63,847 nucleotides of DNA, filler included, from Octopus bimaculoides (GCF_001194135.2; 5 parts of 4 records of this genome joined end to end with filler, not necessarily neighbours in it); one strand, 5' to 3'. Positions 14,194 through 27,767 are shown, counted from the whole stretch's first letter. The notes: a model not told the origin generated them from the sequence alone. Made by a program: numbers and translations.

Positions 14194-14575
14194 CCGTTCT
14201 GAGTTCAAATTCCGTCAAGGTCAACTTTGCCTTTCATCATTTCGGCGCCGATAAATTAAGTACCAGTTGCGTACTGGGGTCGATCAAATCTACTGGCCCC
14301 TTCCCCAAAAATTTTGGGCCCTGTGCTTAGAGTAGAAACGAATATATCGACAAAGCAAGGCGGCGAGCTGGCAGAATCGTTAGCACGCCGGGCGAAAATG
14401 CTGAGCGGTATTTCGTCTGCCATTACGTTCTGAGTTCAAATTCCGCCGAGGTCGACTTTGTTTTTCATCTTTTCGGCGTCGATAAATTAAGTACCAGTTG
14501 CGTACTGGGATCGATCACATCGACTGGCCCTCTCCCCCAAAATTTCGGGTCTTGTACCTAGAGCAGAAAAGAATA
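14194..14575 (+). mobile_element. Two tandem family A SINE copies (partial plus full)
   Basis: Unit 1 at 14194-14345 and unit 2 at 14357-14575; both are followed by the same gaatatatcgacaaagc. Confidence 0.85.
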
Positions 14576-15649
14576 TATCGACAAAGCTGAACTTGGGTGG
14601 AGTTGGAAAAAGAACGTTAAGTGCCGCACGAAATACCGTTCTACCGATGCTGTCAATTCACCAATAGGCTGGAACTAAGCAAAAATCCGTTCTTTTTATC
14701 TGTAGGTCTTATATATACCACCGATGCCACTTATTCGTTAAAAACTAGAATTTTTTTTATCGTTTTTGAAGCTATATATATTTTTTGAAAAACTGTATCA
14801 GGATTCCACCTTAAAACAGAATGTACGAAAGAAGTTAGAGCAATATAAATTAATATAACGTTTATGATGTTAAGTATAAATTGGGTGTTATGATGATATG
14901 CAAAATGTTTATTTAAATATGTATGCATCGAGTTCTTTCTCATTTAATTAGTCTACACGGCACTATATTAAGCTATAGGACATTATATTAAGTTATACAA
15001 CCCAAGACACTTTACTGTGGAAGACCTATATGTAACTTATAAACACATGGAAACGTACGCACATACCGATATATGCATAAACGCACGTACAAATTTATAC
15101 ACGCGTGTACACATACACACACACATATACTCACATATATATATTTTAGAGAGATAGAGAGAGTGGAGAGATTGATAAACAAACTCATGAACACTCACTT
15201 ATTTACATGAATTACATGAATACACACACCCAAACATATATTTGTGTGTGTGTGTGTGTGTTTGTGCGTGTTTCTAATTAACATTGAAATAAGAATTTCG
15301 TTAGAGAAAAAGGATGAGCCATTCGTACGTATGAAAATTGACTTAGTCATATGACTACGTCGGACAAGATACGTTACCTGATACCTGAAGATTTCATCAT
15401 TGACAAATCACTTCCTACTAAACATGAATAGCAACTAATAGGAAATAATGGCTTAATTGTATTCGGGGAAGTTGTTTTTACAACGTAAAATACCTGTTCT
15501 CTATATGACATGTATACACGGATGTTCAGACAGGCACGCACATACTTACATACATACATACATGCATACATACATATTCGTATTATATACTTCTGTATAA
15601 ACACACACACATAAACACACACACACACATGTACAAATAGACGTACGTG

Positions 15650-15681
<32 letters not shown>

Positions 15682-15890
15682 NNNNNNNNNNNNNNNNNNN
15701 NNNNNNNNNNNNNNNNNNNNNNNNNNNNNNNNNNNNNNNNNNNNNNNNNNNNNNNNNNNNNNNNNNNNNNNNNNNNNNNNNNNNNNNNNNNNNNNNNNNN
15801 NNNNNNNNNNNNNNNNNNNNNNNNNNNNNNNNNNNNNNNNNNNNNNNNNNNNNNNNNNNNNNNNNNNNNNNNNNNNNNNNNNNNTGATAA

Positions 15891-15922
<32 letters not shown>

Positions 15923-15948
15923 GCAGGCAGGCAGACAGACAGACAGAC

Positions 15949-16009
<61 letters not shown>

Positions 16010-16024
16010 TAGGCGCAGATAGAT

Positions 16025-16343
16025 ATAGGCGCAGGTATAGCTGTGTGATAAGAAACATGTTTCCCAACCCCATGGTTCTGGACTCAGTCCCAGTATGTGT
16101 GCCACCTTGGGCAAGTGTCTTCTATTATAGCCACAGTCAGATCAAAGCCTTGTGAGTGGATTTGGTAGACGGAAACTGAAAGAAGCCCGTCGCATGTATA
16201 TATATATTTATATATGTACATATCTATATGTGTGTGTGTTTTTGAGTTTGTGATTGTCCTCCCATCACTGCTTGACACCGCTATTGGTGTGTTTACGATC
16301 TCATAACCTAGCGGTTCTGCAAAAGAGATAATAGAATAGTACC
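16025..16343 (+). mobile_element. SINE family B (CORE-like ccttgggcaagt motif)
   Basis: ataggcgcagg head, gccaccttgggcaagtgtcttctattatagcc, caaagccttgtgagtggatttggtagacggaaactgaaagaagcccgtcg. Confidence 0.85.
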
Positions 16344-17058
16344 ATACATACATGCAAACATACATACATACACAAACACGAGAGATACGAACCAATCTAA
16401 TCGGAGGAGTAAAAGCAGAGCTTCATCAATGGAGTTTGACAACGAGTTAGAACATTGATAGATGCAGCCATTAAATTTCAGCCATATTTGTTTTATTTTT
16501 ATACTTTGTACTCCTTTCCCTTCGCAAAAATCTTTTAATGTTCTCTTGCTATTATCCTCAGAGTTAAATGCAACTTATGTACACGTGCACACACACAAAC
16601 ACATACAGACACACACACACATATACAAACACACATACACACACACACATAAACACGGAAACACATATATACACACACGCACGCGCACACACGCACACAC
16701 ACACACACACATACAAACACACACGCATGCACACGCACATACACACATACAAACGTACACACATGCGTACACACGCGTACACACACATACATATGTGCAC
16801 CCAAGGCGGTGATTAAGCGAACGTTACAGGTGTAGTGACTGTCCGCATTGCATGTATGGAAATACCAGAAATTTTGACAAAGTCTTTTACACTATACTTT
16901 GGCTTATTCTTCATGATTTACATGCATAGGTGCTATATATTCCGTCTAGTTTCGGAAGCTAACACGTTGACAATGGATTCCTCTTGTAAAAAGATGTACA
17001 CATATTTTCTTTCTTCTCAGTCTTGTAAACAGTATCTCTTCTCGTCGCGTTACATAAC

Positions 17059-17176
17059 CTTAAAAAACCCCGCTACGTTCGACATATTACTCTGCCGACG
17101 CAATCGTCTATTACTGTCTGTGTACTCTGGTATTTTAGCTTTAAGACTAACACGGAGCGAACCATTTCTTAAAAAT
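17059..17176 (-). other. Candidate 118-nt coding exon (R-FLRNGSLRVSLKAKIPEYTDSNRRLRRQSNMSNVAGFFK)
   Basis: Acceptor ttattcactattgcaacag, donor aag|gttatg, open frame, protein-like composition with an RRQS kinase-type motif; no homolog recognised. Confidence 0.33.
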
Positions 17177-17522
17177 CTGTTGCAATAGTGAATAATTACT
17201 TCAACAAATAGATAATGATATTCCCTATTGCCCAATTCCAATCTGACCTTTATTTCCAACAACAATTTTGCGTGTCAACGGCTGAAAACATCTATGATAA
17301 TATCTTTATAAGCCTATATATCACAATCCGGTCTGTTTTTAAACGACTTATTTGATTGATAATGTAAACTGTATTTAACAATTTGGTTTTATTTTACGTC
17401 TCTTGTGTACTTGGGTCTGTTTACTTACAGCCTGCCATCTATACATACATACATGCATACATGCATAAATATATGCATACATGCATGTATACATACATAC
17501 ATACATACATACATACACATGA

Positions 17523-17588
<66 letters not shown>

Positions 17589-18104
17589 GTATGTATATGT
17601 ATATGCATGAACATATAGATATATATGTGTTTTGACATACCTTCAAGTAGACATATACACACATACAAACATATACATTCATAACAGACAAACATATTTT
17701 TAATTACTAACTTCAATGTATGCACCTACATGTACAGCTCAACAGAGACACGAATGAATTCTTACAATGTATGTATGTATATATACATATATGTATATAC
17801 TCATGCACTTGTAGTATACATACATAATATAAACATAAAACACACATATGCATACATGTACAAACATACACACGCACACGTCTTAGGGAAGTTTGACATA
17901 ATGGTTATGAAATTCACTTCGTGAACATAAGGCGCCGGGTACGATCCCATGTCGTGGTACCTTTGGTAAGTGCCTATTACTATAGACTTACGTTATCGTA
18001 TACGATGTTAAATTTTGTAGACGGAAACTGTATAGAAACCTGTTATGTGGATTTTACTTTGCTTGCCATTAAATTATCTATAAAGACATGTTTTATTAGT
18101 CCCT

Positions 18105-18337
18105 TAAGGCTCCGGCAGGGGTTGGTGGCGAACCTTGATGTACTCTTTCATGACAACCTTCTCTCATTCTTTCTTCTTTCTTCCTGTTTCTGATGTACCT
18201 GTATTTCAAAGGGCCAGCCTTGTCGCACGTGTCTGTGGAGTGCTCAGCCATTTGCACGTTAATTTCACAAGCAGGCTGTTCCGTTGATCGGGTCAACTGG
18301 ATCTCTCGACATCGTACCCGACAGAGTGCCTCGACGA
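18105..18337 (+). mobile_element. SINE family D, 5'-truncated
   Basis: aggctccggcaggggttggtggcgaacc...tcaaagggccagccttgtc...gtgtctgtggagtgctcagcc...ccgttgatcgggtcaactgg. Confidence 0.8.
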
Positions 18338-18672
18338 TCAACGATCAGAAGAGACTGTCATTGCTTTCTATATTTAATTAGTAGTAATTATATCAAATAT
18401 AGAGGATTGTCTCCCCTGCCACTTTTAACCAGGTGTAATAATTTTGAAAAATATAAACGATTACATCGTTGCTAAAAGTGTAAGTTTAATTAATCAAAAC
18501 TTTCTGTTTATTACACCAAGTTCGCTAACACCCACTCAACAATTGAACATGTATACACTTGACATCTCTGGATATTTTTCTCATCCATTATTTTAACTTA
18601 TTAAAGCCAATTATTTTCTTCTCTCTCTCTCTATTCGTTAAAATTTTGCTGTTACGGCTAGACTATGTTTTG

Positions 18673-18946
18673 ATTAATTATTCAAAACTATGCTCCTAGT
18701 GACACGAAATCTATATGAATAATTCTGGTAAATATTAGTTGTTGGTGAGTTCTAATTAGAGCGAAACATGCACGCAGGTGTTCCTGGAATGCTAAAGCTC
18801 TAACAAACGCCACCACATTGCATTCAATACGCAATTAAGAGCAATTAATTAAAATTATAAAATTGTTATCTATCACATTTTTACCAGAATTATTCGTATA
18901 GATATCGCTTACTTCGTGTCACTAAGAGTATAATTTTAATTAATTA
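18673..18946. mobile_element. MITE-like element with about 65-bp terminal inverted repeats
   Basis: Left ...tagtgacacgaaatctatatgaataattctggtaaa pairs with right tttaccagaattattcgtatagatatcgcttacttcgtgtcacta...; no ORF. Confidence 0.7.
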
Positions 18947-19134
18947 ATTAATTAAAATATCTTGGCTTATTACAAGAAGTATGCTTTTGCCTTAAGCTTC
19001 GTTTTACTATAATTACTTGGAAATGACTAATGACAAACTCCCTCCGTTCCTTCAAGCTGTTTCAGTGGAGGAACTGAAACGGGAGACGCTGCTGTTTTCC
19101 CTTTCTCTGGTTAAACCATTAGCAGACACACATG

Positions 19135-19220
<86 letters not shown>

Positions 19221-19934
19221 CGTGTATCCGTGCGTTTACCACTAATACAGATGTAAGCAGAAAATAACTTTATATATCGTTCGTTCATCAAATCATTTGC
19301 TTACTTTACCAGATTTTGCAAGTTAGATTCTTTTGGAAAAATTTTTCTGGGTGGTCTGAACGAGCAGCAACGATATAAAGTTTCCGACATGAATTTACAG
19401 CGTTTGATATTTTTAATATTATCTAATACGATGTATATATTTCGAATTTAATGTTTCGTTTTGAATCACCGTTACAGATATATTCGCAGGGCCAGACGCA
19501 AACATACATCATACGTACACACATATCAACACGCAAACACACACAAGCAACCAAACAGTCTTGCTAAAATGTTTTTTGTTTTTGTAATTGAATTAGGAAA
19601 AAGAGCCGGTTTCTAACCCAGGTCCATTCGAATTTCAATATCATCAACAGGGTATTTTCTTCTATATGTATGTACGTACGTATGTATTTATGTATATGTG
19701 TATGCATGAATGTATATATGTATGTATGTATACGTGCAAATCTCTCTTTTGTTTTACATATGATTTTTCTATGCATAGCTAGACATGTATGCATGTATGA
19801 ATGTGCATGTACACACACACATACACACACACATATATAAATGTGTGTCTGTGTGTGTGTGTGTTGTGGTTGAATAGGAGACCCATCAGGCCGAACAATA
19901 TTGCAGTGGTGGCAGATAAAGGTGTCACGCAAGT

Positions 19935-20132
19935 TGGCACCCGTGCCGGTGGCGCGTAAAGGCAAACATTGCACCCTCGGAGTGGTTGGCGTTAGGAAGG
20001 GCATCCAGCCGTCGAAGACCATGCCAAGTGAGACTGGATTCTGGTGTATCCTTCCAGAGTGCCAGGCCCGGTCAAACCATCCAACCCATGCCAGCTTGGA
20101 CAACACACGTTAAGTGAAGATGATGATGATGA
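19935..20132 (+). mobile_element. Retroposon 3' segment ending in (GAT)n tail (family C)
   Basis: gtggttggcgttaggaagggcatccagccg...ccatccaacccatgccagc...gatgatgatgatga; GC-rich island with a simple-repeat tail. Confidence 0.6.
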
Positions 20133-20147
20133 ATCCTGTCTACAAAC

Positions 20148-20331
20148 TATAGGCACATGGCCTGAAATTTTTGGAAGGGAGACACGTTGAATACCGCGAC
20201 CCCAGTACACAACTGGTACTTAATTCATCGACCACGAAAGGATGAAAGGCAAAGTCGACTTCGGCTAAATTTGAACTCAGAACGTAAAAACGGACGAAAA
20301 ACCGCTAAACATTTTGTCCGGCACGGTAATG
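20148..20331 (-). mobile_element. SINE family A
   Basis: gaccccagtacacaactggtactt...gatgaaaggcaaagtcgact...tttgaactcagaacgta. Confidence 0.8.
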
Positions 20332-20413
20332 GCTCTAAAAACATTCACTAGCTCGTTTTGCGTTCTATCTTCTCGTTTGCATTACCAAACTTTCACACAC
20401 AAACACACACACA

Positions 20414-20445
<32 letters not shown>

Positions 20446-21578
20446 TACACACACACACGCATACACACCTGCACACATGCACACAAACACACATACGCAC
20501 ATACACACCTGCACACATGCACACACATACACATACACACACATGCAGACACATGCACACATACACATGCACACACTCACAAACACACACACATTCACAT
20601 GCACACATGCACATATAAGCGCACACACACTCATACACACATAAACACACCTGCAATCATGTACACACTCGCACACGCTCCCATATACACACATACACAC
20701 ACATATAGACACCAGCACGCATGCACACACTCGCACACGCTCACATATACACGCACACATACACACTCGTATTTCACACTATATTTGAATATTATTTTGC
20801 ATGTGTGTGCGTGCGTGCGTGTGTGTGTGTGTGTGTGTGTACCTATGTGCATCTGTGTGTGTGTGTATCTTTGTGCGTGTGTAAGCTATACATAGCGATG
20901 TACTCATGTGTGCATGTATATCTGAAGAACTCGGAGCCGAATAATCTTTCCAGGAATTCGTCGTATACACACGGAATAGGTTTATAATGTGCATATTTTG
21001 ACATGCATGGCTAAATAAGATTATTAAGCTATTTAGCTTTTGATATATAAACGAATTACAACTCAAAAATATCGCATTCGACGAACAAAGTTGACATATA
21101 ATTAATGGTAGATGTCAGCTAGTTATTTACACACAGCGATGCAGCTGCACGTTTCAAAGATACGTATATGCATCTATGGTTAATAGACATACATATATAT
21201 ATATATATATANNNNNNNNNNNNNNNNNNNNNNNNNNNNNNNNNNNNNNNNNNNNNNNNNNNNNNNNNNNNNNNNNNNNNNNNNNNNNNNNNNNNNNNNN
21301 NNNNNNNNNNNNNNNNNNNNNNNNNNNNNNNNNNNNNNNNNNNNNNNNNNNNNNNNNNNNNNNNNNNNNNNNNNNNNNNNNNNNNNNNNNNNNNNNNNNN
21401 NNNNNNNNNNNNNNNNNNNNNNNNNNNNNNNNNNNNNNNNNNNNNNNNNNNNNNNNNNNNNNNNNNNNNNNNNNNNNNNNNNNNNNNNNNNNNNNNNNNN
21501 NNNNNNNNNNNNNNNNNNNNNNNNNNNNNNNNNNNNNNNNNNNNNNNNNNNNNNNNNNNNNNNNNNTATATATATACT

Positions 21579-21693
21579 ACAGCCGCAGGAGTGACTGTGT
21601 AGTAAGTAACTTGCTTCACGACCACGTTATTCCAGGTCCAGTTTCACTGCGTAGAACTTTGGACAAGTGACTTCTACTATAACATCGGGCCGA
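21579..21693 (+). mobile_element. SINE family B head, 3'-truncated
   Basis: agccgcaggagtgactgtgtagtaagtaacttgcttc...ttggacaagtgacttctactataac. Confidence 0.75.
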
Positions 21694-21819
21694 TGTTATA
21701 TATATATGTTACATATATATATTGATAGAAAAGACAACAAAAGAAAGAAAGAGACCCCGATATTATGTAAATAGAGGAATTTATCTGCAAAAAATATGTG
21801 ATAATTATTCGGTAGCCAT

Positions 21820-21880
21820 GATAAAACTCCGAGTATCGGATGCCGGGGCGGAAACCCACGCCGTCATCTCTTCAGTTATC
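21820..21880 (-). ncRNA. Decayed type I hammerhead ribozyme
   Basis: GAUAA-CUGAAGA-[13-bp interrupted stem II]-C-GAUA-CUCGGAG-UU-UUAUC; helix I has 5 bp; core defects are GAUA for GAAA and one extra C. Confidence 0.55.
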
Positions 21881-22277
21881 TGGCCATTGGAAATTGCTAT
21901 AGCAATATATATATAGCTATATGTATGTATGTATGTATGTATGCAGCAGAAGTCAAATCAAGACTAGATTTTGGAGCATTCTTAAACAGAGCTCTTCAAA
22001 AACTTCAACTTAATCTTTGCAGGATCTTGACTCGTCTGCATAAATGTCTATCCTTTAATCAAATTCGTCAAGTGGATTATGCAAATGTTTATGGCATTCT
22101 GAGAGAAAAGGTCAGATAACAAAAACCAGTCGTTAATCCGTGTAATCGGCAACCGTCTCGCTGGTTTCAAAATAGTTTTGCGATCGAAGTCAGACTTTTG
22201 AAGTTAAAATCAAAAATACAACGTAAGTTCAACTTTTTCTGGTACGTAGGTGTGCATGTGTTTGTGTTTATATCTCC

Positions 22278-22431
22278 ATAACCGAGCGGTTCGGCAAAAG
22301 AAGATCGATAGCATTAAAATAAGCACAGGGGTCGATTTGTTTGACAAAGCTCTTCAAGACCCGTGGCCCCAGCGCGGCCGTATTCCAATGACTGAAGCAC
22401 TTCAAAGACAAAAGATAAAAGTGAATTCGAT
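22278..22431 (+). mobile_element. SINE family B 3' part
   Basis: gcggttcggcaaaagaagatcgatag...ggggtcgatttgtttgac...cccagcgcggccg...aaaagataaaag tail. Confidence 0.7.
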
Positions 22432-22469
22432 TCTAGAATATTGATATATGATGTATTTTTACTTTTTTA

Positions 22470-22660
22470 CCTGTTGCAGTCTGAGGCCATGCTGGGGCAC
22501 AGTTTCAAGGACTTTTATTCGAAAGAATCGACTCCAAGTCTAATTTTTTTTAAAGCCTAGAACTTATTCTATCGGTCTCTTTTGCCGAAGAGCTAAGTTA
22601 CGGAGACGTAAACACACCAACGCCGGTTGTCAAATGGTGGGCTGGGGACAAATTCGGACA
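22470..22660 (-). mobile_element. SINE family B 3' part
   Basis: ggccatgctggggcac...ttattctatcggtctcttttgccgaa...aaacacaccaacgccggttgtcaa. Confidence 0.75.
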
Positions 22661-22973
22661 CAAAGGATTTGGGCCAGTGTTAGCACTTGTAATGGGCGAC
22701 TTTTCTTGGCGCAAACTGTACCGCCAGCATTTCACCTTTAATCTTCCACATAGTCACACTCAAATGTTAGCCTTAGAGTTATGTGTCATCAGTCACGTTC
22801 TTATTCTGATTGTGGTGTGTGTATACTCTTTATGCGTAAATTTTAGTTTAGTGTTGTGTTGGGAATAATTCTTCTTAAATAATCGTCTATTTTGTGTGAA
22901 ATTCTATATTATATGGTTGTATTATGTGTTGTCAGTGTGATCCAAATAAAAGAGACACATGCATCCAGGCACA

Positions 22974-23007
<34 letters not shown>

Positions 23008-23519
23008 CATCCACACCTATGTTGCTCACAACCTGAATGTTGTTCTCTTTCTTGCCATCAAAGCGTAGAGTCTCAAGTATTAAGGTACACTCTCTTTCCA
23101 TTATAGTATAGTGTTTAGCTAATACCATACTGCTATACCTAGTCAATCATGTGTTGTAATTTTTTTCTATTGTTCATTGCACTACTTCATGCGTTTGCGT
23201 TTGTGCCTATAAATGTATACACAAAGCAGAAATGTAACATCTGGGAACAAAATTAAACTACAGGTTTAAGAAAAGACATCGTTTTCGATAAAAGAAATTT
23301 GAAATGCGCTACGATTACATGGAATGAACAGGCATCTCTTGACAAATTTCTTCCGATTAAAATGCAATCAAAATAAGCGAAAATGTATAAGAAAGGCACA
23401 AAGACTTTTCGGTTTCCATCGTTTCTGTACATTCCTCTTTCTACATTTCTTCCCTTGATCTTCCAACTTCGTACATATTTATGGTATCAGCTAAATACAA
23501 AGGCAGAACATGTATTCTG

Positions 23520-23558
<39 letters not shown>

Positions 23559-24499
23559 NNNNNNNNNNNNNNNNNNNNNNNNNNNNNNNNNNNNNNNNNN
23601 NNNNNNNNNNNNNNNNNNNNNNNNNNNNNNNNNNNNNNNNNNNNNNNNNNNNNNNNNNNNNNNNNNNNNNNNNNNNNNNNNNNNNNNNNNNNNNNNNNNN
23701 NNNNNNNNNNNNNNNNNNNNNNNNNNNNNNNNNNNNNNNNNNNNNNNNNNNNNNNNNNNNNNNNNNNNNNNNNNNNNNNNNNNNNNNNNNNNNNNNNNNN
23801 NNNNNNNNNNNNNNNNNNNNNNNNNNNNNNNNNNNNNNNNNNNNNNNNNNNNNNNNNNNNNNNNNNNNNNNNNNNNNNNNNNNNNNNNNNNNNNNNNNNT
23901 ATATATATATGTATATATATATATACATACGTACATTCATTCATATATACACGCATAGATACATATGTATAAATTCCCCAACTTTTGACATAGATAGATC
24001 TTTCAAATTTTAACATCTATCTAAGCTATTAATAATATCCGATGTAATTATTCTTAGCTATCTCACAATATTTCCGACATTACATATTCCGAGATAACAC
24101 AACACCTACAGACTATGTACACGTATTTCCCTTTCTCCCATCCCCTCTTTCTCTCTCTTTCTTCTCCTTCTCCTCCCTTTTTCTCACTATTCATCTCTCA
24201 CACCTCTTCTATCCCCCCACCACCTCTATTACTTCTGTCTATCGTTTTCTACATCACTGTATCACCTGCTATAATAATAGTAATAATACATGTAGAGAAC
24301 AAACATAACTTGGTGTATGTTTCTGTATAGATACTTACATAAATATTTAACATGTACACATAATCACGCCCAAGCATTCACTTGAAAACACACGTTTAGC
24401 AGCATGCGTACGAATGTAAGCTCTATTTGTATGCGTTCGTGTGTGTATGTGTGTGTGTCACATGAAATTACGTATTCTCTATATGGACATACAAATCTG

Positions 24500-24572
<73 letters not shown>

Positions 24573-24789
24573 GTGTATGTATGTATGTATACACCTACTC
24601 GCCCACATCCTCTTCCGAGATACATTTCACCACGCCGTGTTAAGAATCCTCCCACTTCCACCCCCATTCTCTGTGGTAGGTCCTTAATTTTGTTCTGTCT
24701 GTCTTTGCTAATAATAAAATGTAGTTGAATTGCCCAAGTCGTCTTTTATGTTGTACAACTCCTCGAACTGTAACATCCCATATATTTAC

Positions 24790-25450
24790 TGCTATTTAAC
24801 ACGGTACCAGCAGCTAGCAATGCATTTCGTACGTTGAGCTCGAACAATACAGATGAATGGGGTGAGTATGAACATCATCGTTCGTTTACAGTCGTGCCAT
24901 GTGATATTTTAAGCCTTTCTGAAAAGTCGGGTGTATATCCCATCAAGGCAATCTCCAAGTGCCTCATTCATAGTCCAGGTTTCGTACTCCAAAAGGAAGA
25001 ATGATCTCCAGGCATATCTTGGAGAAGTCCAGGCTTCGAAATACTAGATTGTCAGATGTTTTGAGGGTTGTTAAAATGACTCAAAACTAGTCAGAAAATC
25101 TCACACGCTGTCAGCGACATTTGACCCAATATACATGGAGTTACTGGCTATATTGAGTTGTGTGCCGTCGAGGGAGCAAATTTGCAAGTGGCTTTCATCT
25201 TCATTGATGCTTATGTATTTGATCTTCTTAGCACTGAGAATCAGACGGACATTGGCTGCAGAAGTCCCAAGGGACGTTATGTAAGACTTACGCCATGACA
25301 CACTTGATGAACTGAGCAGCCACGGTCACCAATATTGTCAAAGTAAAAGATATAGAGGTTCTCATGACGTCATGATCATTTCTGGTTGCTGATGATGTTT
25401 TTCTGTTGGCTGAGAGACAAGAATATGTCTGAGGAGGCAGTCCCACACAC
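24790..25450 (-). mobile_element. RTE-clade LINE RT/C-terminal remnant
   Basis: Minus frames give SAANVRLILSAKKIKYI...SLDGTQL...MYIGS and LEYETWTM...LDGIYTRL...NITWH, matching the RTE post-YADD and LLYGSETW blocks; multiple stops. Confidence 0.7.
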
Positions 25451-25646
25451 CTCCACCTCCTTATAACTACCATTCTTTCCTTTCTTTCCACCACCTTCCA
25501 CTCCTCCCCACCAAATACACAGAGAAAGTCAGATTAAATATGTTCGAGTACATACAGTTGTGGAAAGTACGTTCACTTCCGGAAATAAACTCTTTAGGAA
25601 ATTCTCCTTGACATGTATCAGAGTACATTGTCCTGTTATTGCGATT

Positions 25647-25710
25647 GGATCATGACGTCATTGTATCATGACGTCACTGGATCATGACATCATTAGATCA
25701 AGACGTCTCC
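25647..25710. repeat. Four 16-bp tandem units, two with a perfect TGACGTCA
   Basis: ggatcatgacgtcatt / gtatcatgacgtcact / ggatcatgacatcatt / agatcaagacgtctcc. Confidence 0.85.
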
Positions 25711-26152
25711 GAATCAACGCGATAGTGTTATATATTTTACTTAATGCTATAAGCTGGTCAATGTTATTTAAATGAACATATTTCATTTTGTGCTGAGGCT
25801 AGACCTCCATACACATCAGTGCATCCAGCGGCCTATAACAATTGCTAAGGAGGCGGCAAATAGCCTCGTTTTAAAAATGTAGATGGATTCTAGTATCCTA
25901 TACCTGTCCAGCTACTTGGTTTACAAAGCAGAATTATATCAATGCAAAATCATTTATGTTTTTTTGTCCTCTCATAAATAAAGAGATGGAGGCAAATTAT
26001 TATCCGGCGGCGGGAGTGATATTTGTCAACCTTAGAACCACAATTTACTAGCAAAAGGATAGCAATAAGTGACTTCTATTGTTAATCTGTACGTGAACTT
26101 ATCGATATATATGTAATTAGAAGTGCCTATCTACCTGTATACATATGCGTGT

Positions 26153-26209
<57 letters not shown>

Positions 26210-26656
26210 CATACATACTTATATATGTATGTATCTATATGTTTATATATGTCTCCATACACTTGTTTCCTGCTGTTTACAGCCTCGCTTTATTTCTCCA
26301 CAACACACCACCAACACCCCACCCCACCTTTCGTTCCCTTTTATTACCACAATCAGAGTTTTATAGATTCTCATTACCACTTCCCCCTCTCTACCCCCTC
26401 CAGAATATTATTTAATGTCATGCAGGTGTGCCGCTTATATCTAATCCTACCTCCCACTGCTACTCTTTCATGTCCCATATATCTGATATGATGTACGAGA
26501 TCTGGCATTAACGAGTTGATGACCAGCCATAGGGTTTTTTTTTTATAACTTTACCTGTCGTCTGATCCTTGACAGAGCTTAGAAATTAAAAGTTAATCTA
26601 CCACGAAGATATATATGCGTGCGTGCGTCCGTTTTTGTGTGTATGTAACACACACG

Positions 26657-26765
<109 letters not shown>

Positions 26766-26770
26766 TCTTT

Positions 26771-26885
26771 TACTCTTTTATTCTTTTACTTGTTTCAGTC
26801 ATTTGGCTGCGGCCATGCTGGTGCACTGCTTTTAGCCGAGCAAATCAACCCCAGGACTTATTCTTTGTAAGCCTAGTACTTATTC
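26771..26885 (-). mobile_element. SINE family B 3' end
   Basis: tactcttttattcttttacttgtttcagtcatttggctgcggccatgctg...ttattctttgtaagcctagtacttattc. Confidence 0.8.
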
Positions 26886-27164
26886 AAATTAAAAAAAAAC
26901 TTGAAGGTTCACAAATTTTGGGAGTTCTTTTCAAATTTGAATTTTCAACTGTTAGCATATGACAAATCCCCCATCCTGACCTGATCCCAATGCTGGGTGT
27001 TCAAGACTGAAATGAAGGACAGATTTTCAATTCGAGGATCATCTGGATTCCAAAAATGGTGTAATACGTTTATGTAGAACATATGTAAACTGAGATACAG
27101 GGGTCCCACACAGACAGAATTTCATGTTTATTAGCATAGGTGATATAAACACATATACACACAG

Positions 27165-27217
<53 letters not shown>

Positions 27218-27767
27218 ATGAGCTCCTTTCAGTTTTTGCTCAAAATATATCAAAATATATCTCAAAATATATCCAAACACCGAGAGATTGTTTTAAAGTG
27301 GGCCAAAACCTTTGGCTGCTTACCGAGAATATGCAAACCCCTCCGTCAGGTCTTTACCCTGTTGCTGTTGACCCAATTTAATTTCAAATGCTCTCGTCAA
27401 TATAACACTCGGTTAGAAAAACATGCGTAAGGTGCCGCGGTGTAAAAGTGAAACTAGCATCGTATAATTGTTACCGAATATCTTAACCAAACGGGAGCTA
27501 CATGTATGGAAACAAAAACGCTTCAAAAATTGCACAGATATTTTCCTTGGGGTGCAAACCTGGTTCTATTTTCCAAAATTTTATTTTTATTATTTTCCTA
27601 TTTATACAGATTTCAAATATTATTCTGGCCATTGTATTCCATTTCATAGGGGTACAAACGAAACGGATCACGGCAAGATAAGTTTTTACATACATGGACG
27701 CGTATATATGTATGTGTACGTATCTGTATGTGTGCGAGTGTGTAGGGATATGTACATGTATACATAT

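Noticed and set aside
20920-20950. ctgaagaactcggagccgaat
   Set aside because: GAAU instead of GAAA, and no stem III or helix I.
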